Source: Stegostoma tigrinum (taxonomy: Eukaryota). Taken from it: 64,000 nucleotides of DNA. Made by a program: the position numbers and the translations under genes. Under the pieces are notes generated by a model. The model searched no databases, was not told the DNA's origin, and saw nothing but the letters and a program-made list of their open reading frames with translations. Below, one piece after another: positions 13,680 to 24,527 of this stretch. The stretch's first letter is position 1. Each line of letters starts with the position of its first letter. The DNA is taken from the NCBI RefSeq assembly GCF_030684315.1, contig NC_081395.1, positions 5,648,478 to 5,712,477 of the forward strand, read 5' to 3'.

Positions 13680-14150
13680 TCTCCCTGCTATAGGAAAGAT
13701 GTTACTGAAATTGAGGATGTTGCTAAGGTTGGAAAGTTTGAGTTTTGAGGAGAGGCCGAACAGGCTGGGGCTTTTCACACCTCCGCCCCAAACCCCAGGC
13801 TGTGACGTGACCTTTTGGGGAGTATAAACATCATGAGGGGTGTGGATAGGGTAAACAGACAAAGGACTTTTTCCCCCAGGGTAGGGAATCCAAAACTGGA
13901 GGACATAGGTTTAAGGAGAGACGGGGAAGATTTGAAAGGGACCTGAGGGGTACCTTCCCCACCTCCCCCCACAACCCCTCCCCCAAAGAGGATGTTAGGT
14001 GTGTGGAATGAGCTGCCAGAGGAACAGGAGACTGGTACAATTACAACATTTAAAAGGCATCTGGATGGGGACATGGATAGGAAGGGATTAGAGGGCCAAA
14101 TGAGACTAGATTAATTCAGGGTATCTGGTTGGTATGGATGAGTTGTACTA
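13680..14150 (+). mobile_element. CR1/HER1-like LINE 3' fragment
   Basis: Near-identical tail to 41730-42200 (acaacatttaaaaggcatctggatggggacatggata). Confidence 0.75.
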
Positions 14151-17100
14151 AGGCTCAGTTGTACAGGACAAAAACAATCATTATTTATAGATTTAAACCA
14201 AAAAAAGAATTTGGCTTCAACAGCAAGTGAATGGGAAACATGATGTTTTGTCGGCAAATCAGGAATCAATTGATAGACAGTATCAACTACAGACTATATA
14301 CATTATCATTCACACCATTCTAGGGTCAGGACTACAGCACTAAGCCACGTTGCATAGTTTCAATAGTAGAAAAGTGAAAGTATTAACTCGTCTAGTTTTT
14401 CACCCTGCAACACCTGCAGCCAAATGCATCAGAAATGGAATAAGAGCAACAGAATTTCTGTTCTAAAAAGGAATCACATTCAATTTGAAACTTTAACTGT
14501 TTCTCTTCAATTACTGAAAGACCTAGGCAAGTTCCTCCAGCACCTGCTGTTACTATTGCAACATCATTTCACATTTACTGAAGAAATTCTTCCCTTAGCT
14601 TTTTAAACAGGGTTTTGTGGATCTACTGAATTCTACACCACCTAAACACCACTAGCCAGCAAGACCCCAGATTCAACAACACGTCTGTCATTAGAGATGA
14701 CAGACGGACATTATCTCTACAGTGGGGCACAGGATGAAAAACATTTTCACTTGCGTATAGAAGGGCACGGTATAGCATAGTGACACCCACTACCAGCTCA
14801 CATCTACATTGAATGAGCAGTTCAGCAACATGCCCAAAGGACGCCAGTTATTGAAGAACTTCCAAAAAACCTCCAGGCCAATAGGAAAGGTTAGTAGTTT
14901 GTAACAACCTGCAGGGCAAATAAACAGCTTTCTAAAGCCAGTCTGAAACAGGCAACTTTCTACAGTTAAAGTACATTCTTAGGAACACCAGATCAAACCA
15001 GTAACCTGAAAAATGATTTCCCCCCCGATATCTGAAGGTGTGAATCAGACTGAGCTCAATGCATTAATGCACAACACAAAACTAACTGAAGGATAAAGTT
15101 CATTTTTCCTTTACACAAATGCTTAGTGAAGGGATACTCAAACTAAGATGCAGAACCACAATAGTTACATCACACAAAGAAACCTTTCAGCCCATCATGT
15201 TTGCACCAGCTCTTCAAATGAAGATTTTACTTAGAGAAACAAAAGAAAGACTGCCCAATTTTTAAAAAAACATGCCCGTTTAAGAGTATATTCCAAGCCC
15301 CTCAGGCAGCTGACATCATCCACCTCAGGGTGCCATTTAGGAGGGAGGAGACAGAACCAAGACAACACTAAGTCTAACCACCACAAAATCCCACTCTTGT
15401 GCTTAATGTGGGCACTTTTTTTTTGCACTCACTCCTTTGTGTATCAAAGAGTAGGAGGCCACTCAGCCTCAGGTCTGTACAACCATTCAGCAAGCTCTAA
15501 TTATCCAATTATAGCCTCTTTCCACACAAACACACCAGTGCATTTTAGCCACCAGTTAACCAAAGAAATCTATTTCTGACCTAAAACTAAGACAGGCTTT
15601 ACTCTCATTCAAACTCTTTTCCTCAAAAGGCAAAGACTCAACACTTTAGTCTCAGACCAAAGCAGCCTGCTTGATTGGCACTACATCCACAAAGCTCAGT
15701 AGCAGTGTACACCATCTACAAGATGCACTGGAGAAATTCAAAGATCCTCAGACGGCACCTGCCAAACCCACTTACATCTAGAATGGGATTACATATATGG
15801 GAACACCATCTCACCCCCAAGTTCCCCTCCAAGTCACTCACCATCCTAACTTGGAAATATATCACCATTCCTTCAGTGTCCCTGGGTCAAAATACTCCCA
15901 AGTAGCATTGTGGATCGACACAGCTGGAGGACTGCAGCGACTCAAGAAGGCAGCTCACCACCACCTTTGAGGGCATCCAGGGATGGGCAAGAAATGCTGG
16001 CCCAGCCAGCAAAACCCACATCCAAGCAAATAAAAAACCTGAATAGGTGATGCTGCATGCTAGGAAACCGCCAACTTCGAAGATAGCAAGAACTGCAGAT
16101 GCTGGAGTCAGAGATAACAAAGTGTGGAGGTGGAGGAACACGGCAAGCCAGGCAGAGGAACACGAAAGCTGAATTTCAGTCATGACTCATCTTCCTCCAA
16201 CTCCACACTTTGTTAACCCCAACTTCTAGATGCTTTTGGACACCCTCTCTTTGAGGTGGGCATCATTGTCAAAACTAGCATTGGTGGCCCATCTGCAATT
16301 GCCATCAGGCAAAGTGGCTTGGGTTTCAGGAGGTAACCCCATTACTGTTAGTCTGGAGACTCTTAAGCAATGACAGCAGATACATTTGCTATTTCACAAG
16401 GCACTGAAACAGATGTGTCTTTACAATCCTGTATAAAAAGACAGGCCACAGTTACTGAGATCACCCAGGGGTGGGGGTGGGGAGAAACCCAAGAAAAACC
16501 TGAGTGACACATTTTGGTCCAATACATCACAAATACCTCAATTTCAATCCAGAATATATATTTCCAAGTACTACATATTTAAGAAAACTGCTCATCTTGC
16601 CCCTTTTAGATAGCATTCAATTCAAATTGAAAAATCCACCAGCTTTCTTAAAACTATTTATTCTCATGATACAGCCATCACTATCTCAGCCAGCATTTGA
16701 GTCAATGGTAATAAGCTACCTTCTTGGACAACTGCAAGCTGCTATGGTGGAATTTAAACTTCATATTGCAACATAAGCTTGAGGTCCTCAGATGACTAGT
16801 TATAGGCATTGCAAAGGAATCACAATCTTCCCTTCCCACTCAACATCTAAAATGTCCTGCTTCTCATTCACACCAGCATTCCCCTAACATCTAGGCCTTG
16901 CACTCCATTTATCCTGCCTTCCATCCCACACAATCCATCCTTCACCCTTAGCTCTTAACATCATCCTTCACTCTCCCTGCATCTCACTCTCCTCCATATC
17001 TTGAAGGATGCTCCCATTAACTAGGGAGTTCAAAACCAGGGGGCCACAGACATAGGATACAAGGCATTTATAATGAAGATGAGGAGTAACATCTTCACCC

Positions 17101-17306
17101 AGAGTAGCAAACCAGTGACATTCTCTGCCAGAAACAGAGATTAAGGGTAAAACAATGATTTTTTTTAAAAAAGGGGTTACAGTACTCAGAAGAAAAGAGG
17201 ACCAAAGGATTGAAGAACAAGGCACTGAGCCAAACAAACAATCTGGTACGGTCACAGCGAATGAAGGAGCAAGCAAACAACGGAAAACAGCTTAATCCTA
17301 GCATTA

Positions 17307-17384
17307 GAGATAATGGGAACTGCAGATGCTGGAGAATTCCAAGATAATAAAATGTGTTCATCCAGCCTCACATTTTATTATCTT
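17307..17384 (+). mobile_element. About 75-bp PLE end-only insertion
   Basis: Same gataatgggaactgcagatgctggag family as above; TSD cttaatcctagcatta at 17291-17306 and 17382-17397. Confidence 0.8.
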
Positions 17385-17681
17385 AATCCTAGCATTACCA
17401 GATTGCCCTACCTCACCCCATCCACTCAACACCTCAGCATCCTACCACAAAACCTTCCCTTCTCAGCACACCCCACTCACATTCCTAGCCTGCTTCTTCA
17501 GCCTACTTCATCCTTCACCACTTTTTCTATTTCATTCCTTCAGCCAGACATCTTGCATTAGGCCCACCTTCACTGTGCGACCTACCACCCCACGCCCAGC
17601 CTTCAGGTGACAATAAAGTCAAATTCCCCACCGCCCTCAGCTTTCCAGCGTCCAAGCCCAGTTTCATCAATCGCTTCCCGA

Positions 17682-17722
17682 CAACCCAACCCAACCCAAC
17701 CCAACCCAACCCAACCCAACCC
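17682..17722. repeat. (CAACC)8 microsatellite
   Basis: Seen directly. Confidence 0.95.
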
Positions 17723-17949
17723 GTTTGATCTTTTCGTTGCATCACCACAACATCTGATGCCCATTTCCCACCGCCATATTGCCATCGCTTCCCTCTCACC
17801 TGGACTGAGGCACGTGCCGCACCTGCCGGCTCCCGGCCCGCCAACCGGCTTTTCATAGGTTGCCGCCGCGCTGAGGTCAGCGCGTCGCCACCAATGATCG
17901 CCCTCCAACCCGATCGCCACGCCCCCCCCCCGCCCCTGCCTGCTGCTGC

Positions 17950-18073
17950 GTAACCATGGCAACAAGGGGCCCGTCCAAACTCCCCCCCCCCAATCCAAGC
18001 AAATTCCCAGCCGCACGGTGACCATGGCGACCAGCGGCCCACCCCGCCCCCTCCGCCCAGCAACCATGGCAAC
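17950..18073. promoter_or_regulatory. Three RFX X-box motifs
   Basis: GTAACCATGGCAAC 17950-17963, GTGACCATGGCGAC 18018-18031 and GCAACCATGGCAAC 18060-18073, compared with the consensus GTTGCCATGGCAAC. Confidence 0.75.
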
Positions 18074-18413
18074 CGCCGCGTGACCCGCCCCGCACCCGCC
18101 GTCTTCTGCTTCCACATCAACACATCATGGAAGGAAAGTTAAAAGCCTAACCCTCCAAAGGTTTCTCTATTTCGTCATATCATAATTTTTGTTCCCTAAA
18201 AATTAATATGTTTTAAAAACGTCCTTCGAGGATTCACTTTACGCCCGCCCCCACCACCGGCGTCACACGACGCGGTATCCCATTGGTTTAGATCGGAGAC
18301 GGGAAGTCATGGCTCCTGATTGGTGGTTTTGTGAGATCGTCGGGGGTTCTGATTGGACGAGGCCGCCGATGGCCCCCGCGGAGCTGCCGTGCGTTCGTTG
18401 GACGGTGCGGTGA

Positions 18414-18432
18414 CCAATGGGAAGCGGCCACG
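18414..18432 (+). promoter_or_regulatory. ER stress response element (ERSE-I) of SYVN1
   Basis: Exact CCAAT-N9-CCACG (CCAAT gggaagcgg CCACG) upstream of a known UPR target gene. Confidence 0.85.
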
Positions 18433-19009
18433 GACTCGGTATCCTTGATCGCTTCAGGTGGGAGGACTGAAGCAGGATTTGTGTACAAACGTGAAAACAA
18501 AATTTCCCAGTCGTTGGCTGGCGCGGTTGGATGCGAATGAGATGATTGAGGAGTAGGAAGGTGTGTGGAGCCGTCGTGAGCGGTAGCAGCTGTCGCCGTC
18601 GGAGACGGTGAGGATGCGGACCTTTTGTTCGGGGATTCGTCTTCTCCCGCGCTGCTGGTGGGTGGGGGACGACAAAATCCCGGGCACCGGGGCTGTGAGG
18701 ACGGAAGTGGGGGAAGATAAAGAGGGCGGACGAACCCTCCGACCGGAAGTGAGTTGTCTGAAGTCTTCAAGTCGCTCCGAGGGTGTCCCGTGTCAGTGAG
18801 TCCGACCCTGGGGCCCGAGAAGGTGGTGGGGGGGGCAGCACCACCCTGTGAGTGTGAGGTGGCCTTGCCCTTCTCTGTTTTCGACTTGCTGTACTTGCGG
18901 GGGAGGGAGGGCATCTTACGCCAGCTGGGCCATATACTGGGAAGTGGCGTCTGTGGGATTGAGGCCTGGCTTCCCCGCCCCAGGGCACTGGTTAGTGTCC
19001 CCCTTGGCT

Positions 19010-19375
19010 CTTTAGGATGTCGCCACAAAGCTCCTCTGAAGTATCCCCTCCTGTTTGGCTGTTTAGGACGTCGCCCCCCGCCAGCATCTTTTTTGAAGTC
19101 TCCCTCTCCCTCCCCCTCCCCCCCTTCCCCTTTTCTGGCTGTTTAGGACGTCGCCCCCCGCCAGCATCTTTTTTGAAGTCTCCCCCCCCCTCCCCCTCCC
19201 CCCCCCCCCCCCCCCTTTCTGGCTGTTTAGGATGTCGCCCCCCGCCAGCACCTTTTTTTGAAGTCCCTCCAACCCCAACCCCCCACTCCCCCCTCCCCTT
19301 TCTGGCTGTTTAGGATGTCGCCTCCAGCTCCTCTGATCCCCCATTTCAGCCACTGTTTTAGATGTCTTCCCAGCT
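19010..19375. repeat. About 80-bp C-rich minisatellite in SYVN1 intron 1
   Basis: gctgtttaggaYgtcgccccccgccagca recurs at about 19059, 19138, 19222 and 19305, with decayed copies at 19011 and 19353. Confidence 0.9.
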
Positions 19376-19599
19376 CCCCTGCCTTTGATCTGTTTATAGA
19401 GCTTCTCCTGGTGCTCTGAAGCCCACTCTGTTTTTTAAAAAAAAATTCCCCAGTCCTCTTAAAACCTGTCTGCTTATTAATATGTCCCCGCCCTCTAAAA
19501 CTTGTGCATGTTTAACTACCTCGGCTCAGCCTCTTGATGATTGAAATACTGCCAGTTTTGTTTTTAAAGGAGAGCTTTGGGTGTTCGGGATAATGTCAG

Positions 19600-19915
19600 C
19601 ACGTTAATAATCCAGTACAACAAATTTTAAGCCCGGGGTACAAAGGGTTAAATCCTGCCATGGCATATGGTGACATTTTAAATTCAGTTTTTAAAAAAAT
19701 TGTTTAAAGTTGTCCTTGTGACCCAGTAACCACTATCCATTATTTTAAAAAGCCATCCGGTTTGTTAATGTCCTTTTTAGGGAAGGAAATCTGTTGTCCT
19801 GATCCGCTCTGGTCTACATATGATGCCAGTTTTACAGCAATTTGATTGTCTATTCCAAGTTAAGAGTCAATGACTGCTGACCTAGTCAGTGATGTCCACA
19901 TACCACAAATACATT
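19600..19915 (+). mobile_element. Shark SINE (SacSINE1-like, named from memory)
   Basis: ttaatgtccttttagggaaggaaatctg core; reverse copies at about 24530-24780, 40780-41070 and 46000-46320. Confidence 0.55.
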
Positions 19916-20297
19916 AAGCAAACTGTTTAAATCTTCCCCATGACCATCAGTTGTTTAAAATTTACCCCTCACCCTGACCTGACCCCTGCTCCATTAACTG
20001 TACCATGCTCCAATTTGCATTGTGCTTTGGATTCAAAACATTGTGGAGATTGTGATCATCTGCCCCTCTCTCTTTTATTTTTCATCCAACAGTGAGATCC
20101 TAAAGTCTAGCCAAGGAGTGCCAGCAGATTCCTGAGCGATCTTTGTTTGGAGCGACGCACCTTCCCACTCACTAGGGGTGGTCACGGACTGATTTTTTTT
20201 TTGTTGTCGTTTCAAGAAACATTTTGCCACGGCCCAGTTCCGGGACTCAGGTTCCCGGTGAATTTCCAGCAAGCTGTTTCCTGCAGGGAGAGACGCG

Positions 20298-20429
20298 ATG
20301 GTCCGTTCGACGTTGGCCACTGCTGCCAGCCTGGTGCTCACCACAACTGTGGTCACCCATGCCTATTACCTGAAGCGGCAGTTTTATCCCACTGTGGTGT
20401 ACCTGACTAAATCCAGCCCAAGTATGGCG
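20298..20429 (+). CDS. SYVN1: SYVN1 coding exon 1 (MVRSTLATAAS...HAYYLKRQFYPTVVYLTKSSPSMA)
   Basis: Acceptor ctgcag ending at 20286, ATG at 20298, donor gtaagt at 20430. Confidence 0.95.
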
Positions 20430-23400
20430 GTAAGTTTCTGCATGACAGTTACTGTCTTTCGAGCGCGGAGCTGCGTTTTGGATTGCTGCACATGTGGAAA
20501 ATGATAAGAGCAGTTGTTTAAGAGAAAGAAAAGGTACTTTTTTTTTAATATGAAGCGTGTCAAAATTCTGGAACTCCCTAAAATGCACATGTTGCGGTGG
20601 CTCGGGGAGGCAAGTCACCACCAACTTCTCCAGGGGAAATTGGGGACGCGGTACAAATGCTGGGCTAAACCAGCAGTGGTCACATCCTATGGGGGGGAAA
20701 AAAAAAATTGTGCGAGATCAATGTTACCAGAAATGTGGCAGTCTGCTTGCACCCGACAAGATCCACCAAAAAGCAGCAATAATAACGGCCGGCGATGTTG
20801 GTTGAAGGATGTTCGTCCTTCATCCTGGATGAACCAGGGAGAGCTCCGTGGTTATTCTTTTGAAGTAGTCGCTGAGGACAGGTGGCTCCTCCGTTGGAAG
20901 TTTGAGCTGAAAGATAGCACCGTCCGACAGTGTGATACCTCCCTGTGTGTTGGCATGGTTTTGCTGCTCAGGTTATTGGGGGGTGGGGGTGGCTGCACGG
21001 TGTGGGTGTAGGTTGGTGGGAGTTGTTGAATTTAAGGGTGAGAGCACTACATACTGCAGCACTGCCTGGGGAAGAGTAAGATATTGATTAGAAAGTGGGT
21101 GTAGTTCTAGGTAAGATCCATTAACAGGAGCTCCTTCAGAAGTCTCAGTAAATTAATAATCTGGAAAAAGTAAAATGTTGACCAGGGTTTCATGTGTTAC
21201 CAATCATTGGGCTGCTTTTTGTTACTGTAACCAGTGACGTTAATGTGTCTTTCTGTACTGTATCTGCAGTCGCCTCACTGTTTTAATGTTTAACTTTAAG
21301 CACTTGCATGACTGTTTAATGAGATTGGTGAGCTTTTTGTTTGTGGGTCTCTTGATTCTTGTAGCTTTCAAATTGGAACAAAGTGTATTTTGTGAAGGGT
21401 GAGCTGATTTACTGGCCCTGTCAATCTTGAATTTTTGAGATCGATAATTCCATCATGGGAGAGGATGAGCTGTTGCTCCTAGCCAGTAATTTTCTGAATT
21501 CTGTACTTTGGTTTGGCTTTTTTGGCCTTGTCTTTGGGTCTGCTGTGTTTATGTGGGGCGGTTGTTTATTTTGGCAGGTGCTTTGTCAGTGTTTCACACT
21601 GCCATGTGGCTCTTGTAGCCAGTACCATATGGAAGGACAGAAAGTGCTGGTGAAACTCGGCAGGTCTAGCACCGGCTGTGGAAAGAAAGCAGAGTTATCG
21701 TTTTGAGGCCTGTGACTCTTTCACCGCTGAGTTTCACCATCAATTGTGTTTTTTTTCCAGGTCTCGAGCATCTGCAATTCTTTGTTTTATTTTATGATAT
21801 GGAAGGAGCCTTAATTACTCCTTTAACATACATGTGGGCCTTAGTTGACTGTTTGTTTTGAGGTAACTTTCCATTGTGTTTCGGTCTTGTATTTCAGCAT
21901 GCTAGAATGTTAGTCACTTGGAGCTTCACCAATGTGACGCAAACTGTCCCTGCCCTAAAAGGCACTGGTTTGCCACGTTTCTTCATTGTTCTGTGGTACT
22001 CCTGCCAAGTGACCACAAGATGTGCCTATCTAGACAGGTTATTGAACCACAGTGATCTTTGTGGTAAAGCCTCTGTCTGTGCATTACTGCTTGTTTGCTT
22101 GCTGCCAGAGGACAGCTGGTCAATGACTTGTGGTAGCCTGGGGGCAGATTACACATTTGGGAATATGCTGGCAGTATGTATGAAGTATGTGACATAGACA
22201 CGGATCCCTTGAACCAATCAGTCTGCATCTGCATTTACACTCCCTTGTCTAATTGTGTCATACAAAGTGGAGTGGATGTGCGAGTTCAGACCCAAATCCT
22301 TAAATGGCTGATAAGGATTACAAGTGCATATGGTCCAGTTTAGTTCCTGTTTTTCCTTTTATACTGCTACAGCAAAGGCCGAACTTGCTACAACCCTCAG
22401 CTGATCTTGTGGCCCCAAGAACAGAGCTGGGTGTATTGCTGAGTCTCAATTCAGAATGTGAACCTCTGAACAATCATTTAGTCGAACTGAGTTTGAAGTG
22501 GCCTGGAGGAGGAGTTCCCTTTCTAGTGTTTTGTTGAGCTTTAACTTTTTATTAAACAGCTGGTCTTGTGAAATGACTGATTTTCTTGCTCACTAAGGCT
22601 GGCCAGTAGATTGCATGTTTGCACAACCTAATGTGCCCTCGCCACAGTCTCCTGGCTGCAGCTCTAGAGATGTACCTAACACAAGCCAATACCTTTTGAG
22701 GGAACTTACACAGACTCTTTTGAAAGCACCATCTAAATTTGTGACACATACCACAGGAAACATGAGGACAGCAGGTTCATGGGAATGCCAATTCCTGGAA
22801 GTTCAACTTCAGCCATTCATTCATCTTGACTTGAAACTACATCACCGCTTTGCTGTCACTGCGTTAAACTCCTAGAACACGCTCCTTAATTGCATTGTGG
22901 GTGTGTCTACACCCCCATGGACTGCAGCAACTCAAGAAGGCAGCTCGTCACCTTTTCTTTCCAGGGCAATTAGGGATTGGTGATAAATGCTCACTTAAAC
23001 AGGACTGCCCACATCCTGTGAAAGAATAGTTAGTTTGTGTTGGGGGTGGGATTACCTCGCACGTGCACTTGCACTTATCAACCCAAGCCTGAAAGTTGTG
23101 CAGATCTTGTTGCTTTCGGATTTGACTGTTGCAGTAAATTTACTGTTTCTGTCCTTGTTAAGTTATAGCAACATGGCCACCCTTATTTTTGCGTAGAATC
23201 CCCATGGTCTGTTTTGGTTGAAGGAGATATGTTGGTGATGACTCCAGGAAAATCCCCTGTTCTTCAGATATTGCAGTGGCATCTTTCATGTGCTTGTTGG
23301 AGAGAGCAGAGAAAAGACTCTGTTTGCCTCACCTGAGGAAAAAGCATCTCCTGAATATTTTCCTGTTGCGTTGGGAGTCCTAGCCTGGATTGCTCTCAAC

Positions 23401-23865
23401 TCAAGCCAGTTCCAGTTTCAAAAACAGAAATTGCTGGAAAAGCTCAGCAGGTCCGACAGCACCTGTGGAGAGAAATCAGAGTTAATGTTTCAGGTTGAGT
23501 GACCCTTCACAACCAGTTCTGGTTTCACTGCTGCAGGTGTGTAGCTCTATGAACAAACAGTACAGGTTTAGGTGTGAGAAAATCTGAGCATCACACGTCA
23601 CCGGGGGATTTGGAGGTGGGTGGGGGTGGTGGGCAGTTGATGAGACACTTCGTAAGATCCCTTGTTCCGTCTTTAGGGAACCACATCTCTAAACAGCTTG
23701 AGTTAACTAATGATGCAGTATATTAACTATGGCTGCATTTAGACATTTTGACTCCAATCTGGTTTGCTCCCCTGGTATCAACTGCATTTCTGTTTTATAC
23801 TAAATCATCTTGTGCTGTCCCAGAAATCAGTTTAAACTTCACTTGTGCTCGGTGCGTTTCAATTA

Positions 23866-24100
23866 GAATCATAGACTTCCTACAGCGTGAGAGCAGGCCG
23901 TTCAGCCCTTTTGAGTCAATATCACCCCTCCAAAGAATATTCTATCCAGAGCCCCACCACCCTAACTTATAACCCTGTATTTCCCAATCCACCTAACCTG
24001 TAGATCTTTGAATTGAGAAGGAAACTGGAGCACATAAGAGAAGATCTGCACCGACACAGGGAAAATGTGCAAACTTCACATAGTCACCCAAGGGTGGAAT
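23866..24100 (-). mobile_element. HE1-like SINE fragment
   Basis: agaatcatagacttccctacag...ccaatccacctaacctg. Confidence 0.65.
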
Positions 24101-24149
24101 TTTGTTTGTTTTTCTTCAGTCATTCACAAGATGACCAGGCAACGTTTAT

Positions 24150-24527
24150 TATCTATGGTGGTGCATGACAGTAATACTAAATAAATGGGATTACCTCTCC
24201 AAGGCATGTGCGTAGCCAGCCAACAAGAACACATACTGGCAAGTGCAGACAGACCTGACACCACAACTAGACAACAAGATCCTCAACACACTTAACAGAC
24301 TCGAACAGATCAATGAAACAGACTTCCTAAGAATGAAACCTGAAGGAACCAACACACCCCAATTCTACAGCCTCCCAAAAGTACACAAATTGGAAGCACC
24401 CCTTGGACCCATAGTCTCCCTGCCAGGTACGCCATCACATAGATTAGCCAAGGAACTACAAAGGAGACTAAAGAACCTTGTCAACAAGTCACCCCATATA
24501 ATCCACTCAGCCCGAGAGTTCCTCAAC
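24150..24527 (+). mobile_element. Penelope-like reverse transcriptase fragment
   Basis: PQFYSLPKVHKLEAPLGPIVSLPGTPSHRLAKEL matches the PLE RT motif P.FYGLPK.HK...PLRPIVS..G.P...LAK.L. Confidence 0.8.

Larger units (their letters stand above)
1403..17856 (-). other. SPDYC: Speedy/RINGO family CDK activator gene (SPDYC-type); 5 coding exons visible plus a probable 5' leader exon
   Basis: Spliced exons give MRHNQ...DDEVIQDFLWMDSCCRIADKYLLAMVLTYFKRA...[27 protein letters not shown]...[11 protein letters not shown], the Speedy/RINGO box. SPDYC rather than SPDYA is inferred from the [14 protein letters not shown] motif and adjacency to SYVN1. Confidence 0.8.
17560..19000. promoter_or_regulatory. 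CpG island / bidirectional promoter shared by Speedy (-) and SYVN1 (+)
   Basis: CpG-rich; minus-strand donor CAG|gtgaga at 17800; plus-strand gtgagt donors at 18749, 18796 and 18847; multiple CCAAT/ATTGG boxes (17891, 18282, 18319, 18352, 18414), GC boxes and ETS CGGAAGT sites (about 18702 and 18744). Confidence 0.8.

Noticed and set aside
17527-19353. Several 100-250 aa ORFs on both strands
   Set aside because: Expected in a GC-rich island and minisatellite; no recognisable domains.
19010-19375. Repeat-spacer look resembling a CRISPR array
   Set aside because: Vertebrate intron; the spacers are homologous C tracts; no cas genes.
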